Shown here one piece after another: positions 54,322-64,000 of a stretch of DNA of 64,000 nucleotides. Where the stretch lies: NCBI GenBank assembly GCA_030248215.1, contig JASANG010000932.1, positions 186,001 through 250,000 on the forward strand, given 5' to 3'. The DNA is from Enoplolaimus lenunculus. Taxonomy: Eukaryota. The notes under the pieces are model-generated. The model did not search any database, was not told where the DNA came from, and saw nothing but the letters and a program-made list of their open reading frames with translations. Position numbers and translations under genes: made by a program. Each line of letters starts with the position of its first letter. Position 1 is the first letter of the stretch.

Positions 54322-54899
54322 AAAGTTTCGAACTCAACTTTATTTGGTTCTGTAGTCATTTATTCATTACAATTAGGGAAAATTGACACTTATGAGCTTT
54401 TAGGGATGCGGATTGCTATTGACTAGGACTCAAAATGGCGGCCCCGCTTATTCGGGTCACTATAGTATAATCATATCCGTAAGCCTAAGCCTAAACCTAA
54501 TCCAAAGCGTAAAAATGAGTTTGTACCTAAGCCTAAGACTTAGCAAAAAATTAGTCAAAAGCTTAAGCTTACTCTATTGTAGTCCCGCAGAGAAACGGTA
54601 CGCCACTGATCTTTACCTGGGCCATACCCCAAACATAATTTACGGACCGCCTTGCCTCCGAAAGATTTTCACACTTTCAAGCAGAAAATTTTTTCTCAAA
54701 AAAAAAGAATTTTGCAAACTTTTAGGCAGCACCAAAACAAACTGGCTCTATTTTACTATTCCTGGTTTGGGTCTGAATAGAAATTTTACCGTCAACCAAA
54801 AAAACTCCAACCCCGCTTATGGTTCATGTGCGCTGGTTTCCTGTTAGTGCGCGACCACAATTGGAATGAAAATTTGAATATAGAGCAGTAGCAAGCTGT

Positions 54900-55103
54900 G
54901 GCCAGTGTAAAGAACAGGGGCTGAACAGTATTTTAAGCATATTCCTAACCCTGAGCCTAAGCCTTAACGTTATTATTGAGCATATTCCAAAGCCTAAACC
55001 TCAACCTAAGCGTAAAGCCAAGCAAAAAAATTACTCAAAAGCGTAAACTTACTCTATTCCAGTCCCACAGAAAAACGTTCCGCCCTTGATCTTTAAATGG
55101 GGA
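54900..55103. mobile_element. TTAGGC-carrying MITE
   Basis: TSD CAAGCTGT/CACGCTGT. Confidence 0.8.
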
Positions 55104-55888
55104 CACGCTGTCGATGTATTAACTGGTAGTGTGCAATCGAACATTCGTTTCCGGTAAAAAATTGTATCCGTTTCCGTTACAAAATTACCGGAAATTGTAT
55201 TATTTTTATACTGATAGTAGTTGTCAATTACCTAATTTAGGTTTTCAATACAAATATGTTGCAATTGTTTTTAAATAAAATAAAATTCATGCGCAATCCT
55301 AAATGTTTGGGTTGCATTTGTAAAACATTAATTCAATAAAGTTTGAAGCAGTGAATATTTGCGTGTTTCAATTGTGTTGGCAGGAAAAATAAAACATTTT
55401 ATAAACTTTTATACTTAATAAATACTAGTACACGTAGTTGCACACATGATCAACTTTACTAAGGCTTTTCCGTCCCAAAATTACTTTGTTGGCTGGGCCT
55501 TACGTATTTAAGTGAACGAAGTTCAAAACTCTTCTTGGAAAAGCTGTAATACTTTTCAGATATATGAACACATCCGAAACAATAGGTATTCTTAATGCAT
55601 ACTGTTAATTTGCATACGTAACGTGAACAAAATCTGTTAGAACGGTGCCCAAAATACGAATGTGGGGCGTTCCAGCTTTAATATATAGATATATCTATTT
55701 TCTTTTACATTATTTTGTTCACTATCCGTTTCTGTTACTATCTTTCCACACTCTGCTAACAGCAATAGGTGCTATACACATTTGAGAATATGGCTTTTTT
55801 GTGCCAAGCTTTCAAACATTCCAAAAATATTATTTAATTTAAGTATATATTTTCACTCAGCATAACTTACCTCAAATACAACTGCAAT

Positions 55889-56126
55889 ATGAATTGGATC
55901 AAATATGCACTGCTTGTGATACTTTTCGCTTCGCTTGTATTCGCTGCTGAGAAAAAACACACGACCAACAACGAAAGTGACAAAGAGACAGAAAACGAGG
56001 AAGAAGAAGAAGAAGACGACGGCGACGAAGGAACAGAAGACGAAGAGGACGAAGAAGATGAGGACGAAGAAGATGAAGAAAAAACACCTGATTATGTCGC
56101 ATCGCCAAGGAAAGGAACGTCGAAAG
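55889..56126 (+). CDS. Exon 1 of a secreted/ER protein with signal peptide and acidic tract (TXNDC12/AGR-like gene)
   Basis: MNWIKYALLVILFASLVFA signal peptide; D/E-rich tract; AAAG|GTAAGT donor, phase 1. Confidence 0.85.
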
Positions 56127-56143
56127 GTAAGTCTATAAGTATG

Positions 56144-56320
56144 GGCCAACGTGTAGAACAGGCCCGAAACAGTAGTATAAGCATATTCCTAAGACTAAGC
56201 CTAAGCGTAAGAATGAGAGTATGCCTAAGCCTAAGCCTAAGTAAAACTACATCTAAAGCTTAAGCTTTCTCTATGACAGTTCCGCTGAAAAACGTTCCGC
56301 CCATGATCTTTGCATGGGCC
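56144..56320. mobile_element. TTAGGC-carrying MITE in intron 1 of the TXNDC12/AGR-like gene
   Basis: GGCC ends; AAGTAT core duplicated on both sides. Confidence 0.8.
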
Positions 56321-56755
56321 GAAGTATATGTGCAGAAGATAAGTTTTGTAATTCTGTCGTGGCATTTTAAATCTAAATTTAAATGTTTTAAAACACAAAA
56401 TTTTCAGTAACTTTAATAGAGTATACTACGAGCAACTAATTGCAAACTATTCTAAATGCAGTACTTACACAAATTACCGTATTTAACAATAACCACGTAT
56501 ACATGATGCAAAATCTGCAAGATATGACGCCCTGCGTCGAATGGTGATTGTAAACACTTTTTAGTCGATATCCTGGGGTTCGAATCCTTGGTTGAAATTG
56601 AATTTGAAATAAAGAAAGAAAGAGCGAAATATCGAATTAACTTAGAATTTCAGAAACCAAGACAATGTCACCCGCAAAATTTCTCAACTTTGGTTGCTAG
56701 ACGTTTTATGCTATGGGGTAAGGGTCACACTTTAGAATTTGCAATTTAATTTTAG

Positions 56756-56819
56756 AATGGGGGGAAGATATTGATTGGATAGAAGACGTTGATGACGGTT
56801 TAGAAATAGCTGAAAAATT
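56756..56819 (+). CDS. Exon 2 of the TXNDC12/AGR-like thioredoxin-fold gene; remaining exons not found in the window
   Basis: ttttag| EWGEDIDWIEDVDDGLEIAEK |gtaagt; phase matches exon 1; resembles the GWGDQLIW / GFGDHIHW..EDG N-terminus of AGR2/TXNDC12. Confidence 0.75.
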
Positions 56820-56843
56820 GTAAGTTTTTTAAAGATTCTTAGT

Positions 56844-57095
56844 TTAGATCAAGAGTCGATAATGACACTTTTTACAAGAGTGTGCAACTGGGTACATTTT
56901 GTGTAGAAAAGGATGTAACCGGCACGCGTTGTGTTTTTGACCTATCTCCTTCCCGTTATTTGGAAGGGGGTATAACCTGTGTGAACCATGGCACTTTATG
57001 TATCCGGCATCAAAAATGCTCCGCTTATAGTTTAATTTTAGGTTATGGCATATGACAGCGACCCTCTCTGAATTATGGGAGTTAGCCAAAACCAA
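56844..57095 (-). pseudogene. Fragment of an unknown Cys/His-containing protein; paralog of 22290-22560
   Basis: NYKRSIFDAGYIKCHGS..LYP...CRLHPFLHKMYPV..SC aligns to the 22 kb copy with synonymous third-position changes. Confidence 0.5.
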
Positions 57096-57792
57096 CTTAG
57101 GTTTAGGTTTAGGCGTACTGTTTAAGTCATACGGTGGCGCTGTACTTTTGTGGACGTGTGGCGTCGTCCGGCGCGTCCATCACCCGCACCGTGCCGTCTG
57201 GCGCTGTTCGTCATCGTGCGGTATCGTACGCAAATAATTCACACACGATAACCTGTAATGACGGACGGCACCGGACGTCAAGTATAGCACAACCCTAGGG
57301 GTGGCGATATACTAGCCGGACGGTGCCGCAAATCAAAAAATTATATTACAAATTGATATGCTGTGCCATGCAAGGTGGTGGGAGGCCCGGGGTCCATACG
57401 TCTAGGAGGTCGGAGGCCAGTATGACTAGGAGGCCCGGTGCCCGTATGTCCAGCAGGCCCTTTTATTAACCATAACTATTTTATACACCAGAGCTTAAAG
57501 TGATACATTTTAACGATAATTGTACCAAAAGTACGAAACAAAGTTTACGGCCCAGGGACTGTTATAGATTTGCATTTAGAGAAGTCACTTACAGTAGATA
57601 AAAATGCCGGTTTTACCCCCCACCCCACCCCCCCGTGGGGGTGGTGGGGATTCCGGTTTTACCCCAGTGGGGTTAATGTGGGGGTGCGGTTTTACCCCAG
57701 TGGGGTATCAAAAACCCAAATATTCAATGTATTCAGGTTTTGTGCAAGTCTAAATGTACGCAAGTAAAACTCTGAATAATATTCTGTTTACT

Positions 57793-58650
57793 TTATTGCC
57801 TACCTGAATTTTCATGAACTTCGTTGGGTAGGGTCTCGTCAATTTTCTCAAACAGTTTGCCAAGCAATTGAACCCAGTTCGCAGCTGAGGGCGACCCAGA
57901 TGCACTACTAATTGGGGAGTATTGTTGAACTGGAAGAAAAGGACGGCAAACTGGTGTTGAACAACACGCAGACGAAGAAGCTGATGGCCCGGGTGCTGTG
58001 GACAATACCGCAGCTGAATTTTGCTTGGTACAAATGTCAGTAAATCTTTGATCAAGTCGTTGTTGCTCGGCAATCACAATCTGTACAATAGTTTCCAATT
58101 CAGCCAGGCATTGCTCAAGCGGTTTTTTCGTTAAAGAGGCGGCAGGATGGGCGTGCCTGTGATGGTGCAAAAGGCTGTCTGTTCTGACAAATTGTTTATG
58201 ACAAACGAAACACTTCACGTTTGCTTGTTCAAAATGTGTGTTTTTCAATTGTCTTGTTAAATTATGCGATTTGGTTAAAGTTTTATTACACAAATCACAT
58301 TTAAAGTTCATGATCCTATAACAGTTTTTAAGTTCTATAAAAACGTCATTCGTGACGTCAATTTCCCATTTGTCTCCTATTCTTTTGCAGTCATCAAAAT
58401 TATAATTATTTATAGTGAGGCACCCACCAGGTTTCTTATGCACCTTTTTGTGCATTTCACAGTCAAATGAGCAAGCTCAGCAGGTGCTCCGATATTCTTC
58501 CACCATTTTTGCTAATAATTGTTTGGCAGAATTGACACGTTTTGCGTGCTGCTGTCGTGCTACTTCGGGACCAATATTATGAAACACTAACAAGTAATCA
58601 TCCCAGTCACATTTGTTGTTCAATTTTAAGCTGCAGAACGGACACTTCAT
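57793..58650 (-). pseudogene. Element-borne Zn-finger ORF with one in-frame stop
   Basis: MKCPFC...H; TC*AC......H...GGCL (TGA at 58479-58477); two C2H2-type fingers (CDLC..RQLKNTH degenerate; CFVC..HHRHAH); S/P-rich tail. Confidence 0.65.
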
Positions 58651-61600
58651 TTTTTAAGTAACTGAAAAAATACACAATAATCGACAATTTAAATAGTTTC
58701 AGAAAGGTTATCAACTCAAGTATATGCCATATACCAATAAATTCTCAACTTTGTAAAGCACAGACTTCAAATGGTTGTCATAACTCGCAACAGGTGTCAG
58801 TCAACAAACTGTCATTTTATAAACAATGTCTAAAATTCACTTTGAGATCATGTGGATGCACACTCAAAACCGTGGAGTGCACAATCACAGCTTAAATTCA
58901 TAATAACCTAACGACAATCAAAGTATAACACAAAATTTCAAAGGTCATGCGGATACATTCCCAAAGTCGTGGAGCAAAAGTATCAAACATTAACCAGAAA
59001 TCAAACCTCGGAACAGGTGGTCTAAGTCCGTCATAACAAACCAGATACACACAAACTGCGAAGTGTACTGTGAGGTCATGCAGATGCATTCCCAAAGTTG
59101 CTAAACATAAGTTTTAGCGGTAAACCACAATTTTAAACTTACAACAGGTGGTCAAATCCATCAACAAAAAAGCCTGATAACACACCAACTGCAAATTTTA
59201 CTTTGAGGCAATGCGTATGTATCTCCAAAACTGTGGAGTACAAGTTTACAGTGTCAAATATGAAACAAAAACTTTGAACAGCTGTTTGGGAACAATGTAA
59301 AAACTCGGTAGTGTCTTGTGGAACCATCCCCAAGATTTCCCCAAATAATTTCCATTAGTACAAAACAAAACGCACAGTTATCACCTGAACGTTGCTTAAT
59401 TGTACGCGTTTTCTTTGGAAAGTGGGTCAACGTTTGCAAAATTCAGCCGTGCTAACAACGTTCCAACACTACAAACCACTTTGAACTGGCAAACTTTTTC
59501 ATTGCAACAACTATTTACAAACTTCGTATTATCGACAGCATGAAATCAACTGGCTTCGCGATATCCGCAAAAGTGTTTCCCAAAGTGGCAATCTCTGATC
59601 ATATTCTTGAACTTCATGTCACCTCAAAAGTTGCTGGTAAAAGTTTCATCACGGCAGATTTTAATCATATTATCAAAACGGCTTTGGAACACGGACAAAT
59701 ATAGATTAATGCTAGAGGACGAATTGAGTTTTTATATAAATTCAACAAGCCTATTGGACTTACGCCTTGGAACTCATATGGTTACTAATTGGCAGTAATT
59801 ACAAACTTAGTCCAGGACACTGTTATCACATGCCTTGTAATTGAACGCCACAGAAACTTGCAAGTCTACAAACGAAAAACGGGATTCGTAATTTTTACGG
59901 ACTATAATTAACTTTGGTATCCAAACATTTACTAATATATCTTTGCGGGTATGTTCTAATATTATTCACGTATTCATTTAAAAATTCTGAAAATTTGCGA
60001 CTTCTTGTTTGAATTTAATACTTTATGTTTTTGCCACACTAATGCAAAACTGTGTAACTAGTGAAAAGTTTAACAAACTTTTGGAAGTGCAAATTGTCAA
60101 TGAAGTAGCATAGTCATGTCTGATTCTCGAACGTACTTGCTAGCAACAGGACTTCGAAACTATATTATGATATTTGGCTTTGATTGCTATTATAATGACA
60201 TTATCGTGAGTAGTAAAATATGTTAAATTAAATCTTTATGCCTAGTTTATTGTGTAACAGAAAAATTTAATACAGCAATCGTAGAACTAATGTACGTTAA
60301 TAGTCTAAACTTTATGACATAATTCGTTGATTTAAGACAATTGATCGAGCCGCGAAAATAATATTTTACACATTCTGTTACGTCTCATTTGGAAAAGAAC
60401 CAATGCTGCAGGTGCAACCGGAATTGCGCTTCCATCATTGTTTCACCTTCCGGTTCTGGTAAATGTTTACCGGAATTAAAGTCGGTGGAAATAAATTAAG
60501 TATTTGACTAAACAATGACGATAAAAATTAAATTTCAAGTCTAGTATGAAAACCTTGACATTCACCAAAAATAAACCATCGAAGGTAGATTTTGCTTCTG
60601 TGGATTATGAAAATCTAAAATACAGCAGATAAAGTGAATACCTATCTCCAACTAGGGTTATTGCATAAATAATGTTGCGAAAACGAAAATTAAAATGAAT
60701 TTTTCGGTGGCATGTAGTTTTCAATTTTCAGTTCCATTTCCGGGATTTTTTCAAAATCCGGTTCCGGTAAATTGTAATTCCGGACTTCAAAAACGAACTA
60801 GAAAACAAATATAAAACATAAAACTTTAAAAACTTATTATGCTTTCCAACACTAAGAGTCTATCTATTGGGACCAGAATGCAACCGGAGGTGAAAAATAC
60901 CGAAACTGGAAGTCAACAAAACTTGCCGAGTTAATTTTAGCCAATATCTGCAATATGTTGTTAAGTTGTTTAGTTTTACACTAAATTTCGCAAATTATTA
61001 GTGAAAATAGTTACAAAAGTAAAATGAAACCCGCTAACCAGGTAAATTTTGCAACATTATGCAAAATTTCACAACCAAAATTGCCGGAACCTCCGGCAAA
61101 AATTCTAATAAAAGCAGGCGCCGGAGGTCGATATTCTGCCAAAGCCGGAGGCAGACCTCCGATTGCATCCTGTTGGACACCATTAATGATTCACAAGCAA
61201 TCCTTATACTGCATGTCACATTTCATCATGCCGCGTTCAACTGCAGTATAAGGTGAAATCTTAATTCAAGGTTCAAAACTGAGTAGCGACAGCAATGAAA
61301 TACTACAATTTAAGAAACGCAATTAAAGATAGTGATGCAAAATCGTGTTATATTAGAGAATAAACGCATAATACGACTAAATGTAGAAATATATACAGAG
61401 AATGTTTTAAATTAAATCTCTTAACGAGGAATTTATATTACTTTTATGTAACAAGTTTAAATTTCAAAATAAACGTACGCGCACTTGAATGCAAAATCGT
61501 TTAAGATTTTCAAAAAAAGCATCATCGTGGGAATTATCAATAACGAAAACGTTTAGAAGTGCAGCCCCTCTCCGTCACTAAAGTTTCGGTTCTATTAGTG

Positions 61601-62588
61601 TTTAGTGTCCTGCAAGTAGCACCGCAAGTAAAATTTTTCAAGTATAATAACGCATACTGCTACAGAGCTGAATAAATTTATAGGAACGATTTAGAATTAA
61701 AATTTTATAATGTTGCAATTTTATCTTCAAAACGACTCAATCCACAAAATCCACTATATATGACAGCTCTGTCCACCTAAAATTTCACAAGCTATAAAGA
61801 TAAATTTTGGAAGAGGCTAAACTCAGACGGCACTATTAAGTATTGTAAACTTTTGCTCATTGCAGTAAACCTTTTAATACCGTTAATGCTCGGAAAATAT
61901 AAAAAGTCTGGTACATAAATTGCAGGAACAGAAACATGTTTCAACTTTGCATTTTTAACATACCTCCATAAAGTCATTAAAAATGCAAATGTATGGCAAC
62001 ACATGGTAACGCCTTTGATCATGCCGCACTTAACCCGAATACAAGTTGAAATAAAATTAGCGTTCAAAACTGATTAACGACAGCATTATTGTATGTGTGA
62101 TTAAACGCGCAATGCATTAACTGTTACATTGTTGAAAACGCATTCAACGTAAACTTAAAGGTCGGCATATATAACTAATTGCTAGAAGCGCACGAGAATT
62201 CCAAGCCGTCTGCCGTACGCTGAAAACCGTGGAGAGGAAAATTTATAACCCATTTGGTCTCTGCATATGGTTTCACGCGTCAAACAGTCAAGAAAATTTT
62301 TATTTCTAACAGAATTTACATATATTTGAGCAGTAAAAATCACATGATGGCGGCTTTAACCTATATCTTAAAAAGTTACAAATCGTTTTCTCACTCTAAG
62401 AAGAGATGAAAGAGTGATGAGTTTTAATTGGATTGCAAAAATTCATGCAAAATATTGCCTCTGGTAAACTATTGATACTTATTTCGACAAGTATGTACAG
62501 CTATGGTTGTTTTTAAATTTTTATTTCAAAACTAGTAAATAATATGTTTTACACAACCGCAGTTTTACGTACGAAAACATTTCATCGT

Positions 62589-62982
62589 TATAAATAATCC
62601 CTAATTTGGAACACATTTTCTACATCTTGCTTATTATAATTATACTCATTCATACAACCGCCAAACATTGTGTGCGATCCTAATGCCGCATCGTTGTCTT
62701 TGCACCCATCACATATTTCTTCATAATACTCACCAAGTGCCTCAAAAACCCTGTCAGCTGTCTCCATTGTGGCCAGCTTATGAATTTTTACCCTCGCAAA
62801 CTTTAGTTTTTTTCTGAACAGTCCACATTCTCTGCTAGATTGTCATTAAGATGCTTTTGTTTTAACATTTTCAATAGGTTTCGCACATCATATCCAAGTT
62901 TTTCTGAAAGCACTGTCCAAAACCTATCTTCAAACTCTTTTTCGCTGCTCGTAAACATTGTCAGGCACATATCTTTTTCCAT
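62589..62982 (-). pseudogene. Element-borne frameshifted ORF with CxxC-x7-H-x3-GGC motif
   Basis: MEKDMCL...VDCSEK, then a frameshift in an A-run near 62810, then FARVKIHKL...EICDGCKDNDAALGSHTMFGGCM. Confidence 0.5.
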
Positions 62983-64000
62983 ATGGGTAAAACCGGACCC
63001 CCACATTACCCCCACTGGGATAAATCCGGAACCCTTACCACCCCCACGTGGGAGTGAGGGGAGGGTAAAACCGGCATTTTTATCTACTACTTACGATTCC
63101 ACCGAAGTCTAGAAATTTTTTGAAGTCCAAAAATGGACGGTGCGGGTCCGTTCTGAATACAGCTAATCTGACTGTGCAACTTTTCATCGTACTACCATAA
63201 GTTTGGTATCGCAAATGATAGGCGGTATAGGCTAAGCTGCCCAGTTCCAACCTTGTAGAAACCAGAGAATAAGATAAACCTGAAGAACTTTCTCAATATT
63301 TGGAAAAGTATTTTGTACACCCTTGTATATAAACCTGCCGAAGAACGCAATGAGTACTCCCCAAAAATCCCGTAGTGGTACGACCGGCGTTAGAATAAGA
63401 ATAGTCGGCCGCCCCAAACATGTCCGAGACAGCTTCCCAAATTAATGTTTCACAGCTTGCAGTTGGCTTGTTATCAATCGAATCGCCCATGTCAAGATCA
63501 GTGGCGAAACGTTCTTCTGTGGCACTGGAACAGAATAAGCTTAACCTTTAGACTATTTTTTTGCTTAGCTTAGGCTTAGTCTTACGCTTAGTCTTAGGCT
63601 TAGGCTTAGGCTTAGGCTTAGGAATAAGATATAATACTGTTCTGCCCCTGTTCTGTACATTGGCCAATTGAATCATATCGTCGGTTTTCCGTTGGTGAGA
63701 GGCCCCGTTTTGGTGGGAGGGCCGGAGCCCGTGCCCCCGGGACCCGCTTTAATCCGGCGCTGCATGCGAGGAATACACATGCTGTTGTGGTACGATACCG
63801 GACGACGCTGGACGATGACGTACGGGACCGGTCGTCATCAAACGTATGCCGCCGCCATTGGTTCCAACCTCCGTGACGTAATTAAAAGGGACACAATGGC
63901 ACTATTTTTGGAACCCTGAACAGTCTTCGAATGTTGATATATACAGCAATTACATTATACTAATCCTGTCACACTGCTATCATATGCGTTTTGTGCAAAA

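Larger units (their letters stand above)
57593..63088. mobile_element. Maverick/Polinton-like element, non-autonomous or degraded (5496 bp)
   Basis: TIRs at 57593-57697 and 62985-63088 (AGTAGATAAAAATGCCGGTTTTACCC...); AG...CT termini; perfect 6-bp TSD ACTTAC at 57587-57592 and 63089-63094. Confidence 0.8.

Noticed and set aside
56654..56717. Extra exon between exons 1 and 2 of the TXNDC12/AGR-like gene
   Set aside because: It has AG/GT ends, but in the phase required by exon 1 it contains a TAG stop; direct splicing to 56756 works.

Overview
AT-rich, repeat-dense eukaryotic genomic DNA. It is most likely nematode, an inference from the TTAGGC telomere-type hexamers and TTTCAG-type acceptors. 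(1) A 10-exon + strand gene (7860-49292, ~839 aa, all splice phases compatible) encodes a Cys-loop ligand-gated anion channel with a PAR motif, a 26.8-kb first intron and a very long polyQ-rich M3-M4 loop. The end of its loop-C exon, together with the splice donor, is amplified into a 19-copy 83-bp tandem array. (2) The first two exons of a secreted TXNDC12/AGR-like thioredoxin-fold gene with an acidic N-terminal tract begin at 55889. (3) A 5.5-kb element (57593-63088) has ~105-bp TIRs, AG..CT ends and a perfect 6-bp TSD, the hallmarks of a Maverick/Polinton. It carries Zn-finger/Cys-His ORFs but no recognisable core genes. (4) Dozens of MITEs from at least 7 families are present, including one carrying telomeric TTAGGC arrays (8-bp TSD) and a piggyBac-type one carrying a tRNA-like Pol III promoter, plus a 38-bp satellite and microsatellites. 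Most six-frame ORFs are spurious repeat translations. All calls were made by eye; no searches were run.
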